A stretch of DNA of 64,000 nucleotides from Candidatus Anstonellaceae archaeon (GTDB lineage: Archaea; Micrarchaeota; Micrarchaeia; Anstonellales; Anstonellaceae): assembly GCA_038887295.1 (NCBI GenBank), contig JAWAKW010000001.1, positions 11,967-75,966 on the forward strand. Direction: 5' to 3'. Below, in pieces: positions 54,922 through 64,000 of this stretch. The position numbers were made by a program, and so were the translations under genes. Below the pieces are notes generated by a model. The model saw only the letters and a list, made by a program, of their open reading frames with translations, was not told the origin of the DNA and did no database searches. Positions within the stretch are counted from its first letter, which is position 1; each line of letters opens with the position of its first letter.

Positions 54922-55197
54922 GTGCGCAAGGTGATTATGATGACAATGAAGGTATCAAAGATTTATGGAATGGATATTTATACCGATGGGGGAAAGTTCT
55001 TGGGCCGTGTGCAGGAGGTTTTATTGGATCTTGAAAAGGGAGAAGTGGTCCGCCTTACAATGGAACCTCTTAATTCTGTTTCCAAAGAGGAGGCAAAACG
55101 CATCCTTCGTGACCGCTCAGTGCTTTACAAAAGTGTCAAATCAATAGAAGATGTAGTAGTGGTATCTAAAGGTTCTGCTTTTGGGCCTGAAGAATAA
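54922..55197 (+). CDS. PRC-barrel-like small protein
   Basis: The ORF is 91 aa, or shorter from the internal Met, with G.DIYT.DG..LG.V PRC-barrel-like signatures. Confidence 0.45.
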   Translation: MRKVIMMTMKVSKIYGMDIYTDGGKFLGRVQEVLLDLEKGEVVRLTMEPLNSVSKEEAKRILRDRSVLYKSVKSIEDVVVVSKGSAFGPEE

Positions 55198-55361
55198 GAT
55201 CGGCTGCAAAGGGGCCCCTTACTTCCACTATTTTTGCTTCTTTTCTTTGAGCTTGAATAAAGGTTGAAAAATTGTAACTATGGTTACAAAAAATGAAAAC
55301 AAGATAAAAAATTCAGAGGAAAAATTCAAAGAAAAAAGGAAGTCTGGGGGTAGGTAGCAAA

Positions 55362-55436
55362 ATAGCGGGAAGTGGATTTGAACCACTGATCTCTGGGTTA
55401 TGAGCCCAGCGGGCACTCCAAACTACCCTATCCCGC
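55362..55436 (-). tRNA. Initiator tRNA-Met (CAU)
   Basis: The reverse complement is AGCGGGA-TA-GGGT-AGTTTGGAGT-GCCC-G-CTGGG-CTCATAA-CCCAG-AGATC-AGTGG-TTCAAAT-CCACT-TCCCGCT-A. A1:U72 and three G:C pairs at the base of the anticodon stem are archaeal initiator features. There is no intron. Confidence 0.85.
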
Positions 55437-55482
55437 TGACCTGATAATAAAATAAGAGGAGCTTAAAAGGCTTGTCTTTGGC

Positions 55483-56043
55483 CTAGTGCTTCTTTTGCTC
55501 AAAAAAGACCATGTCCTTGCCGCAGCTTCTACACTTAAATTCCAACTCCATTGCCTCTTCAAAACCGAAAAACTTCTTAGGCCCGCAATCAGGGCAATAA
55601 TAAAATTCTCCTTCAAAATTCTGCGCTGCCTCCCCCTCACTTTGGGGCGGGGCGGCAAACTCTTTCAGTTTGTCTTCACACATACGCCAAACATACGTAT
55701 ACCAACCGCTGTCCTTATCTTTTACGCGCGTATATGTGAATAAACCGTATGTGTGAAGGCGATTCAAAACCACTCTCACATCACTTGCCTTTACAGAAAT
55801 TTTTTTCGCAAGCTCTTCATCAGTCATATCTTTGTCAAATTCACGAATGACGTCAATAGTGTTTTCTCCTCCCATCTCAATTAGCCGCTGCCTTGCCTGT
55901 GCGCTTGCCAGCACCACATATCTCAATTTTTTCGAGTAAGTGTTCCGGCGCACAGATATTACTTCATCATCAAATTCGCTTTTTACTACCTGTTTTTCTG
56001 TCGCCTTTTTTATGCCTCTCTTTTTACTAGGCATCAAAACCAC
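55483..56043 (-). CDS. tfe: Transcription factor E (TFE/TFIIE-alpha homologue)
   Basis: An N-terminal winged helix and a C-terminal zinc ribbon (CPDCG...CRSCG) are present. Confidence 0.8.
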   Translation of the reverse strand: MVLMPSKKRGIKKATEKQVVKSEFDDEVISVRRNTYSKKLRYVVLASAQARQRLIEMGGENTIDVIREFDKDMTDEELAKKISVKASDVRVVLNRLHTYGLFTYTRVKDKDSGWYTYVWRMCEDKLKEFAAPPQSEGEAAQNFEGEFYYCPDCGPKKFFGFEEAMELEFKCRSCGKDMVFFEQKKH

Positions 56044-56098
56044 ATAAAAATTCAGACCAATTATTTATATATCCATTTACCAAATTTTTACACGAGTT

Positions 56099-56641
56099 TT
56101 AACTTCTCAGCACATCCTCATCTAGTTTTTGCTGTACCACTACCTTTCCCCTTTTTGAAGGCCAAATCTTAAGTTTTCCTTCAAATTCAATCTCAAGTTC
56201 CTTCCCCTCAAAGAATCTATCCAAAAATAGCGCAAGCGCTGCAACCTCTGAGTGTGGTTGGCTGGTGACTGCCAAATTCAAATCCGCAAGCTCGTATGCT
56301 TCCGCTGGCACTTTACCCGCCCCCACCATCACCACACATTTTTCCAGATTGCTTACCGCCTTTTCAAAATCTTCACCATACATAGTAAGGTGTACAATTT
56401 TCCATCCCTGCTTTTTCCTTTCTCTTACAAACTTTTTCCAATCTTTTTCATATTTTACCTCAAAACCACCGCCCCACAATTCACATACTTTCCGAATACT
56501 TTCAATCACTGACGCATCCTGCTCTCCGCACAATATCCCTTCCTTTGCGCCCAGCGCGCGGGCAACCAAAAACACGTGAGTGGTGATGCGTTGGTCCCGC
56601 GCAATCCGATGGCCCAACCGAAGGACACAAACTTCCTTCAT
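56099..56641 (-). CDS. trm56: tRNA (cytidine56-2'-O)-methyltransferase aTrm56 (SPOUT)
   Basis: The N-terminal VLRLGHRIARDQRITTHVFLVARALGA is the aTrm56 signature. Confidence 0.8.
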   Translation of the reverse strand: MKEVCVLRLGHRIARDQRITTHVFLVARALGAKEGILCGEQDASVIESIRKVCELWGGGFEVKYEKDWKKFVRERKKQGWKIVHLTMYGEDFEKAVSNLEKCVVMVGAGKVPAEAYELADLNLAVTSQPHSEVAALALFLDRFFEGKELEIEFEGKLKIWPSKRGKVVVQQKLDEDVLRS

Positions 56642-56691
56642 AAAAACACAGACCACACAACAATTTAAAATCCAAAGCGCAAACCACAGAT

Positions 56692-57081
56692 ATGAAAGTC
56701 ATATTAGACACAAACTTCCTTCTTTCCCACTACGAATATGGAATCGACATTTATACTGGTCTTCTTAAGCTGAGCTCAGGTCCGCTTGAGCTTTTGCTTC
56801 CTTTTTGTGTGCTTAATGAGCTTAGCAGGCTCTCAGTCAAAAAAGGGCGGAAAGGTGCTGCAGCGCGATTTGCACTTGGGGCCCTGTGGAAAATAAGACA
56901 AACTTTTACTTTCCGTCTTTTACTTTCTGAGGGCAAAACCGACGAGTGGATTATTAAATATTGCTCAAAAAATAAAGACATCTTTGTAGCTTCAAACGAT
57001 GCAAAACTTATCAAAAAACTCAAGGCGCTTCAAATAGTTGTCTTGGGGATAAAAGGCAAATCAAAAGTGGATTTTGTTTGA
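56692..57081 (+). CDS. PIN-domain protein
   Basis: The N-terminus MKVILDTNFLL and later D and S acidic positions are typical of small archaeal PIN nucleases. Confidence 0.55.
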   Translation: MKVILDTNFLLSHYEYGIDIYTGLLKLSSGPLELLLPFCVLNELSRLSVKKGRKGAAARFALGALWKIRQTFTFRLLLSEGKTDEWIIKYCSKNKDIFVASNDAKLIKKLKALQIVVLGIKGKSKVDFV

Positions 57082-59171
57082 GAGGTGATTTTTTGGAAAG
57101 TGCGGTCGCAGCTGCCTTTGGCATTTTGGAGTCTGCAGCGTTTTTCCCAATCCTTTGCGCACTCATCGGGATAGTTTATGGTTCGCTGCTTGCTTCAAAA
57201 ATTTCCAGACTTGACTCCGGAACTAAAAAAATGCAAGAAATCTCAGACGCTATAAAAGAAGGCTCAGACGCCTACCTTAGGCGCCAGTTCAAGACAATCT
57301 TGCTTTTTGGAGCAATCCTTTTTGTAGCCTTATTTTTGCTGCTTGGCGCACCGGTTGCAGTTGCATTTTTGGTCGGTGCGATTTCATCCGGCCTTGCAGG
57401 CTATCTAAGCATGTATGTGGCGGTGCGCACTAATGTAAAAGCAGCCCAAGCCTCACTTCAATCCATGCAAGCTGCTCTTTCTGTGCCATTCAGTGGCGGG
57501 GTGGTAAGTGGTGCAATGATTGCTGGCATTGGGCTGTTTGGGGTCGCACTGGTCTTTTTTGGCGTTTATCTCCTCTTTGGCCAAAACGAAGCGGCTCTGG
57601 CTGAGGCAGGGAAGGCGCTAATCGGCTTTGGTTTTGGCGCAAACTTGCTAGCACTTTTCATGAGAGTTGGAGGCGGCATCTACACAAAAGGGGCAGATGT
57701 GGGCGCAGATTTGGTTGGTAAAGTGGAAAAGAACATCCCTGAAGACGACCCGCGCAACCCAGCAGTCATCGCAGACAATGTAGGTGACAACGTTGGCGAC
57801 TGCGCTGGTATGGGTGCAGACGTTTTCGAGTCTTACACAGTGACAATAATTGCAGCAATGGTCCTCGGAGCAGCAATAGCTGGCTTTGGCGGCGCGCTCC
57901 TCCCTCTCATAGTGGCAGGCGGTGCTCTTTTGTTGGGGCTTGCAAGCACCAAAGCAGTAAAAATCAGGGACGAAAACGAATACCCCCTTGAGCCAATGAA
58001 AAGAGGCTTTACGCTTTCCTTGGTGCTGCAAGGCCTTTTCTTCCTTGCACTTGCACTTGCAATTCAGCAAATAAACGTGTTTTTTGCATTGGCTTTAGGC
58101 TTGCTAGTCACCCACATCATAATTGCAATTACTGAATATTATACTTCCTCCAAGGAGCAACCAGTGCAAAGCATCGCGCATGCCTCAAAGTCTGGCGCAG
58201 GCACCAATCTTATTGCCGGGCTTGGCGTAGGTATGGAATCCGCAGTTGCAGGAATCCTTGCAGTAGCAGCCGCAATTGCATTAGGCTACTATGGTGTAGG
58301 GCTAGGTTATTTTGGCATAGCGCTGGTTGGGCTTGGGATGCTTTCCACCACAGTATTTATCATGGCAATGGACACTTTCGGGCCAATTGCAGACAATGCG
58401 GGCGGAATCGGCGAGATGGCAGGTATTGGCGCTGTAGGTAAAAAGAGGATGGGCAGGCTAGATGCAGTAGGAAACACCACAAAAGCAGTTACCAAAGGCT
58501 TTGCAATCAGCTCTGCAGCAATAGCAGCAGTTGCGCTGTTTTCAACTTTCTTCCAAACAACTGGGCTCTCAGTAATTAATGTAGCAATCCCCGCAGTTTT
58601 CATTGGCCTCCTCATAGGTGGCGCGGTCCCATTCATTTTCTCCTCGCTTTCTATGAAAGCAGTTGGGCAAGCGGCAAACTTAGTAGTCCAAGAAGTCAGA
58701 AGGCAATTCAGCGACCCGCAAATTTTCAAAGGCAAAAAGAAGCCAGATTATGCCGCATGCGTGGACATCTCCACCAAAGCAGCAATCGATTCACTTCTCA
58801 TTCCAGGCGCCATAGTCGTACTTACCCCAATTGCAGTGGTGTCTGTCCCAATTGCATTGGGAGCCCCAATAGAAATAGGTCTTGAAGCGCTGGGGGGCTT
58901 CATAGCAGGTGCAATATTGGTAAGCCAGCTTCTTGCAATTTTCATGGCAAATGCGGGGGCAGCTTGGGACAATGCCAAAAAATTCATCGAGGATGGTAAT
59001 CTGGGCGGCAAAGGCTCAGAAACTCACAAAGCAGCAGTGGTGGGAGACACAGTCGGGGACCCATTCAAAGACACATCAGGCCCTGCGCTCAACCCAATGA
59101 TAAAGATCCTCAACATCGTGTCGCTCTTGATTGCCGCAGTGATTGCAGGTAAGCAAATAGGCGCCATTTGA
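57078..59171 (+). CDS. hppA: Membrane-bound H+(or Na+)-translocating pyrophosphatase
   Basis: The GGG.YTKGADVGADLVGKVE and DNVGDNVGD signatures are present in a roughly 16-TM architecture. Confidence 0.95.
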   Translation: MRGDFLESAVAAAFGILESAAFFPILCALIGIVYGSLLASKISRLDSGTKKMQEISDAIKEGSDAYLRRQFKTILLFGAILFVALFLLLGAPVAVAFLVGAISSGLAGYLSMYVAVRTNVKAAQASLQSMQAALSVPFSGGVVSGAMIAGIGLFGVALVFFGVYLLFGQNEAALAEAGKALIGFGFGANLLALFMRVGGGIYTKGADVGADLVGKVEKNIPEDDPRNPAVIADNVGDNVGDCAGMGADVFESYTVTIIAAMVLGAAIAGFGGALLPLIVAGGALLLGLASTKAVKIRDENEYPLEPMKRGFTLSLVLQGLFFLALALAIQQINVFFALALGLLVTHIIIAITEYYTSSKEQPVQSIAHASKSGAGTNLIAGLGVGMESAVAGILAVAAAIALGYYGVGLGYFGIALVGLGMLSTTVFIMAMDTFGPIADNAGGIGEMAGIGAVGKKRMGRLDAVGNTTKAVTKGFAISSAAIAAVALFSTFFQTTGLSVINVAIPAVFIGLLIGGAVPFIFSSLSMKAVGQAANLVVQEVRRQFSDPQIFKGKKKPDYAACVDISTKAAIDSLLIPGAIVVLTPIAVVSVPIALGAPIEIGLEALGGFIAGAILVSQLLAIFMANAGAAWDNAKKFIEDGNLGGKGSETHKAAVVGDTVGDPFKDTSGPALNPMIKILNIVSLLIAAVIAGKQIGAI

Positions 59172-59220
59172 TGCAAAGCTATAAAAGCAGACAAATCCAA
59201 AACCTATTTTGGTGCTGCTG

Positions 59221-59370
59221 ATGGCGCTTGAGACGAAGGAAATCAACAAGGAAGACTACGGCTTTAATCAGGTCCTCGCTTCACTCCGTGAACTTTATTC
59301 TCGCATCCCTTCTAAACTACAACAACCACACCAAACACAGCAAAATCAACAACAAAAAATAACTCATTGA
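59221..59370 (+). CDS. Possible small ORF (49 aa) with a Gln-rich tail, doubtful
   Basis: The ATG-initiated ORF MALETKEINKEDYGFNQVLASLRELYSRIPSKLQQPHQTQQNQQQKITH lies in a 195-nt intergenic spacer. No support was found beyond the open frame. Confidence 0.15.
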   Translation: MALETKEINKEDYGFNQVLASLRELYSRIPSKLQQPHQTQQNQQQKITH

Positions 59371-59639
59371 AGGTGGAAATAGTGTCCTCAAAGTTTCCGC
59401 ATCCTTCTGACATCCCTTGGGACAAAATCCAAAAGATAAAAGTGGCGCGCGATACAGACAAGGAGATCTATAGTTTCGAGTTTGACCTTCATGGAAGGAT
59501 GCAGAAAATAACAATTACAATAGGGCCGGATTCAACTTCTTACACGCTTTCTTCAGCAGACGGCACTCCTCTTCTTCACGGGGTGCAAAAAGGAAAAGAG
59601 TTCAAGCTGTATAACTTTTCCTCAAAAATCAGAAAATAA
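59367..59639 (+). CDS. Hypothetical small protein (90 aa)
   Basis: The ORF as listed begins with a TTG codon. No motif was recognised. It ends where the convergent drg ends. Confidence 0.3.
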   Translation: MKVEIVSSKFPHPSDIPWDKIQKIKVARDTDKEIYSFEFDLHGRMQKITITIGPDSTSYTLSSADGTPLLHGVQKGKEFKLYNFSSKIRK

Positions 59640-60728
59640 TCATTCTCCTTGCCGTTTGATAATAGAAAAGACATCTCCGTCCTCAAGCACATGCGAAAGC
59701 CCAACTTTTTGGCCTGGGAATTTTGCAGATTTGCCCCAAACCAATGCATATTTGAACTGGGAAAGCAATTCCTGGTGAAGCTTTCTGCAGGCATCTTCAA
59801 TTGTTGCCCCTGCCTTCAGCATGAGGGGCTCTTTCAAATCTGGCTTGTCCAACCGCGGCTTTGTATACACCCTAATCAAATTAAGGCGGGAAAAGATCTC
59901 TGCTTTAAGCCGGTCAATATTGATTTGCTTTTCTGCAGAAATAGGCACAAAATCAAAATCAAGGCCCTTTAGATACTCCTCATTTACCATATCCACTTTG
60001 TTGAGCGCAACGAGGGACTTTACATATCTTCTGTTTCCCACAAGCACATCAATTAGGCGCTCAACTGTAGCGTCTTCATGAAACACAATATTTGCGTTGT
60101 GTATCCCATACTCTCCGAGCACAGCAGAAATAACCTTACTGTCCAATTTTGTAAGAGGCACGGTAGAGTTTATTTCAATCCCGCCGCGTGCCTTTTTCGT
60201 GATTCGAATCTTTGGCGGCTCCTCATCCAGCCGGATTCCTGCACCTGCAAGCTCCTCCTTTATTTTCTGGAGGGCGTTTGGCTGAAATACATCCACTACT
60301 ATCAGCACCAAATCTGCGCTTCTTGCAACTGCAAGCACCTCTCTTCCCCTTCCCCGCCCTTCATGCGCACCTATTAAAATCCCAGGCAGATCCAAAATCT
60401 GTATCTTTGCTCCATTGTATTCCATGCTTCCTGGAATGCAGCTGAGAGTGGTGAATGCATAAGGGGCAGTCTTGCTTTTTGTGCTGCACAACGTATTAAG
60501 TAGGGTGGATTTCCCAACAGAAGGCAAACCGATAAGTACAACAGTCGCATCTCCGCTCTTTTTTACATCAAAGCCACCGCCGCCTCCGGCTTTTTTTGGA
60601 GTTGCAAGCTCCCGCCTGATTTTTGCAATCTTTGCCTTAAGAAGCCCAATATGGTGCTCGGTTGCCTTGTTTTTTTGCGTACGAGCAAGTTCTTCCTCAA
60701 GCAAGCGAAGTTTTTCCTCCAGCCCCAT
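59640..60728 (-). CDS. drg: Developmentally regulated GTP-binding protein (DRG, Obg family) with a TGS domain
   Basis: The G1 motif is GLPSVGKSTLLN, followed by the FTTL switch, NKVD and a C-terminal TGS (GDVFSII). Confidence 0.9.
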   Translation of the reverse strand: MGLEEKLRLLEEELARTQKNKATEHHIGLLKAKIAKIRRELATPKKAGGGGGFDVKKSGDATVVLIGLPSVGKSTLLNTLCSTKSKTAPYAFTTLSCIPGSMEYNGAKIQILDLPGILIGAHEGRGRGREVLAVARSADLVLIVVDVFQPNALQKIKEELAGAGIRLDEEPPKIRITKKARGGIEINSTVPLTKLDSKVISAVLGEYGIHNANIVFHEDATVERLIDVLVGNRRYVKSLVALNKVDMVNEEYLKGLDFDFVPISAEKQINIDRLKAEIFSRLNLIRVYTKPRLDKPDLKEPLMLKAGATIEDACRKLHQELLSQFKYALVWGKSAKFPGQKVGLSHVLEDGDVFSIIKRQGE

Positions 60729-60780
60729 AATCTAATCAAAGTGCAAAACCCTTTTAATTCTCGATTCTTTAAATAAGTCC

Positions 60781-62088
60781 ATGCCAAGACACACGTCAGC
60801 ATCTACAAAGGCCGCAAAGCCAGGTGACAAGATAAAAGTTGTCTGCCAGGATGCTTCTTATGTTGGGATTTTGCTTCCGCGCCCGTGGGAGGACGGATAT
60901 ATTACTATCAAGCTAGATTCAGGCTACAATATCGGCATCAAAGCTGACAAAATCTCCCAACTTGAGATACTCCAAAAAGAGACAGTAACTTTTGCGCAGC
61001 CCATGCAAAAAAGCAAATCTGTTTCCTTTGCAGGAAAAATCGCACTGCTTGCATGCGGCGGCACGATTGTGAACAAGGTGGATTACAGGACGGGTGCAGT
61101 ATACCCCGCCAAAAGTGTCCAGGAGATTTTGGCTGGCTTGCACCCAAGTGTAGTCGGGCTGACTGCCCCAAAGCTACTTTTCTCCATAGCCTCAGAGGAC
61201 ATGTCTCCTGCTCACTGGGTAGAGCTTGCCAATGAAGTGGCAGACGCAATCAAGGATGATGCGCAGGGTGTGGTAATCACCCACGGAACTGACACAATGC
61301 ATTACACCTCTGCCGCGCTTTCCTTCATGCTCTCAGGGCTTCCCTGCCCTGTTGTTCTGACTGGAAGCCAAAGGAGCTCTGACCGCGGCTCCTCAGACGC
61401 TCCAATCAACCTTTTTTGCGCAATCTCTGCCGCAAAAGCAGACCTTTCAGGCGTGTTTATATGTATGCACGAAGGGCTTTCAGACGATTTCTGCCACCTG
61501 ATTATAGGGACAAAAGCAAGGAAAATGCACACAAGCAGAAGGGACGCATTCCGCTCAATCAACGTTTCGCCTGCAGCAAGAGTTAGCGCAGAAACAGGCA
61601 AAGTGGAAAAAATCAATGCGGCCCCCAGACAAAACACGAAACTTCAGCTTGATACTCGGCTGAACACAAACGTGGCAATGCAGTATATTTATCCAGGAAT
61701 AAAGCCTTCAGCAATTTCTGCACTTTCAGAATATGATGGAGTCGTACTTGTCGGCATGGGGTTGGGACACGTGCCAACCAATCTGGGAAACGACCCGCTT
61801 TCCATCCCGATCTTCAAAGAGGTTTGCGGGCTTATAGAATCAGGCGTGCATGTATATTTGGCTTCGCAGTGCATATACGGCAGAGTAAATATGGATGTTT
61901 ATTCAAATGGGAGGGTCCTTGCAGAAAAAGGGGTGATGGGCAACCACTGCGACATGACCCCCGAAACGGCATACGTCAAGCTGATGTGGGTGCTTGGGCA
62001 TGAAAAAGAGCCTAAGAAAGTCAAGCAAATGATGGAATCAAACATTGCCGGGGAAATTTCCCAAAGGACCGAAATACTTCCTTATTGA
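60781..62088 (+). CDS. gatD: Glutamyl-tRNA(Gln) amidotransferase subunit D
   Basis: An asparaginase-like domain (GGTI, HGTDTM) follows the N-terminal GatD-specific domain. Confidence 0.9.
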   Translation: MPRHTSASTKAAKPGDKIKVVCQDASYVGILLPRPWEDGYITIKLDSGYNIGIKADKISQLEILQKETVTFAQPMQKSKSVSFAGKIALLACGGTIVNKVDYRTGAVYPAKSVQEILAGLHPSVVGLTAPKLLFSIASEDMSPAHWVELANEVADAIKDDAQGVVITHGTDTMHYTSAALSFMLSGLPCPVVLTGSQRSSDRGSSDAPINLFCAISAAKADLSGVFICMHEGLSDDFCHLIIGTKARKMHTSRRDAFRSINVSPAARVSAETGKVEKINAAPRQNTKLQLDTRLNTNVAMQYIYPGIKPSAISALSEYDGVVLVGMGLGHVPTNLGNDPLSIPIFKEVCGLIESGVHVYLASQCIYGRVNMDVYSNGRVLAEKGVMGNHCDMTPETAYVKLMWVLGHEKEPKKVKQMMESNIAGEISQRTEILPY

Positions 62089-63929
62089 GTGTTTGTATGA
62101 AGTGTGGAATTGAGATACACCAACGGATTGCAGGCAAAAAACTTTTCTGCGGCTGCCCTCAGCCACCAGAAGAAAAGCAGCATGAGGAAGTGCTTTCTTT
62201 TTCAAGAAAACTCTATCCCGTCCTTTCTGAACTTGGAGAAGCAGATGCGGCCGCGCAAATGGAAGCTTTAAGGCAAAAGACAATGCATTACAAAGCGCCA
62301 AAAAAGCATTCCTGTCTTGTGGAAGCAGACGAGGAACCCCCTGCCTGGATGGACACGGAGGCGCTCAAAGCGGTACTGGTTTTTTGTAAGCTGCTGGAAA
62401 GCAGCATTGTAGATGAAATCCATACAATGAGAAAAACCGTAATTGACGGAAGCAACACCTCAGGATTCCAAAGGACTGCGGTGGTAGGACTTGGAGGGCA
62501 TATCCAAACAAGCTTTGGCAAAGTAGGAATCCAAAGCATCTGCATTGAAGAGGAAAGTGCAGGGATCATTGATGTTGCCGAATTTGACCTTTCCCGTCTG
62601 GGCATTCCTCTGGTTGAGATTGCAACCGAGCCAGTATTTGAGGACGGCAAGCAAGCACAAGAGGCAGCATTGGAAATAGGTTCTCTTCTGCGGAAAACAG
62701 GCCTTGTGCAAAGAGGAATCGGGACAATAAGGCAGGACCTGAACATCTCTGTGCCCCAAGGGGCAAGAGTAGAGATAAAAGGCGTCCAAGAAATTTCTAT
62801 GGTTGCCACCACCATTGAGATAGAAGTACAAAGGCAGCAGCGCCTACTGGAAATTGCAAGCCAGCTCAAATCTAGGCTTCAGGGAAGTTCTATCCCGCAA
62901 GAGTTTGTGGATTTGACCGAAATTTTCAAAGAGACAAATTCCTCGCTGGTCGGCAAAGCTCTCAAAAGCGGGGGGAGAATCTTCGGGCTTAGGCTTCCGC
63001 AGCATGCGGGGCTGCTTGGAAGGCAAGTTGCGCCCAACCGAAGATACGGAACTGAGCTTGCGGATTATGCACGCGCAGTCGGTGTTAAAGGGCTGATGCA
63101 CTCTGATGAAGACCTGTTGGAATATGGGATTTCAGATGATGAAATTTTGGAGACAAAGACTGCGCTTTCTGTAAAAGGGGAGGATGCATTTGTGCTTTGC
63201 TTTGGGGAGCCACAAAAAGTCAAAGCCGCCCTCTCACAGGTGCTGGACAGGGCATCTTTCCTTGGGGTTCCGGCTGAAACAAGAAGAGCAAACCCAGATG
63301 GGACTTCTTCCTTTTTGCGCCCGCTTCCAGGAAGGGCAAGAATGTATCCTGAAACTGACATCCCACCAATCAAGCTCACAGAAAGTTTGCTTTTGCGGGT
63401 GCAGCAAGAGGTAAAAAAGCTAATGCAGGCCAAGCGCGACCTTTCCGAGCTTCTCTCCACCCTCAATCAAGAGCTTGCATCTCAACTTTCCCAGCAGCGG
63501 GGGCTTATTTCACACAATCCAGATTTTCCATCTACTTTCAGCACACCCGAGCTTTCAGTTTTTGCAGCAGCGGTAAAAGAAGGGACAGATCCATCATTTG
63601 TTGCATCCACCCTAACCAACACGTTGCAGTCCTTAAAGCGCGAAGGGGTCGAGACAAGGAAGCTGGACGAGCCCAAGCTGCTTTCTTTCTTTACTGCCTT
63701 CAGGCAAGGTGTATTTGCCAAAGCAGCCGGCGCCGAGATACTGCGACACATGTGCATTCATGGCAGCACCCCTGCCAAAGCAGCTGAGGAGCTCCAACTA
63801 AAGAAAATAACGGGAGTACAGCTTAAGCAGCTTATCCAGCAAGAAGGGTTGGACTTCAAACGCCTGATGGAAAAATACCGGCTTAAAGTGGATGCAGCAG
63901 AAGCCCAATTGCTTTTCAAAAAATCCTAG
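62085..63929 (+). CDS. gatE: Glutamyl-tRNA(Gln) amidotransferase subunit E
   Basis: A GatB/E-like catalytic core with the archaeal-specific insertion is present. It overlaps gatD by 4 nt. Confidence 0.9.
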   Translation: MSVCMKCGIEIHQRIAGKKLFCGCPQPPEEKQHEEVLSFSRKLYPVLSELGEADAAAQMEALRQKTMHYKAPKKHSCLVEADEEPPAWMDTEALKAVLVFCKLLESSIVDEIHTMRKTVIDGSNTSGFQRTAVVGLGGHIQTSFGKVGIQSICIEEESAGIIDVAEFDLSRLGIPLVEIATEPVFEDGKQAQEAALEIGSLLRKTGLVQRGIGTIRQDLNISVPQGARVEIKGVQEISMVATTIEIEVQRQQRLLEIASQLKSRLQGSSIPQEFVDLTEIFKETNSSLVGKALKSGGRIFGLRLPQHAGLLGRQVAPNRRYGTELADYARAVGVKGLMHSDEDLLEYGISDDEILETKTALSVKGEDAFVLCFGEPQKVKAALSQVLDRASFLGVPAETRRANPDGTSSFLRPLPGRARMYPETDIPPIKLTESLLLRVQQEVKKLMQAKRDLSELLSTLNQELASQLSQQRGLISHNPDFPSTFSTPELSVFAAAVKEGTDPSFVASTLTNTLQSLKREGVETRKLDEPKLLSFFTAFRQGVFAKAAGAEILRHMCIHGSTPAKAAEELQLKKITGVQLKQLIQQEGLDFKRLMEKYRLKVDAAEAQLLFKKS

Positions 63930-64000
63930 CGCATTCCCATGTATTTTTTGTTTTCCAAATACTTCTTTTTTCCATACCAAAGGATCTCCAGCTTGTCTCT

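Noticed and set aside
59172-59366. A 195-nt spacer with a CA-rich tract after hppA, considered as a possible ncRNA
   Set aside because: No convincing stem-loop structure or known RNA motif could be recognised by eye. It is kept only as a doubtful small ORF.

Overview
The window is a compact archaeal chromosomal segment with a GC content of about 45-50% and genes packed tightly or overlapping by a few nucleotides. It carries archaeal hallmarks: GatD/GatE, TFE, RpoK, RNase P Rpp21, aIF5A/aIF6, Kae1, prefoldin, a DRG GTPase and a membrane H+-pyrophosphatase. It also contains the conserved ribosomal 'superoperon' S19e-PDCD5-L39e-L31e-aIF6-LX-PfdA-FtsY. The overall style resembles a small-genome, possibly DPANN-like archaeon: four tRNA genes of which three contain introns, two EndA splicing-endonuclease homologues, very short intergenic spacers, and many secreted, N-glycosylation-sequon-rich and Cys-repeat proteins. 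Most genes are housekeeping (purM, pheT, pyrG, pgk, prs, mvk, dph5, rnhB, topA, rfcL, idsA, hppA, fba/fbp, dtdA, htpX/lemA, taw1, trm56). Three small conserved genes under 60 aa that the ORF track missed were recovered by hand translation: S27ae, ribosomal protein LX and RpoK. The regions judged most interesting are: (i) a 123-nt tRNA gene with about 47 nt of unexplained inserted sequence; (ii) two separate EndA homologues; (iii) a slightly lower-GC tandem cassette (26.2-31.4 kb) encoding a secreted sequon-rich protein and a 1013-aa protein with a beta-rich C-terminus; (iv) a HerA/DUF87-like ATPase translationally coupled to a coiled-coil/HTH partner; (v) a 509-aa internally duplicated Cys-repeat protein overlapping pheT; (vi) an AT-rich gene (about 28% GC) inserted in the ribosomal superoperon; (vii) a family of secreted Cys-repeat proteins and two class-III-signal-peptide pilin-like genes. 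All functional calls come from motif recognition by eye; no database search was possible.
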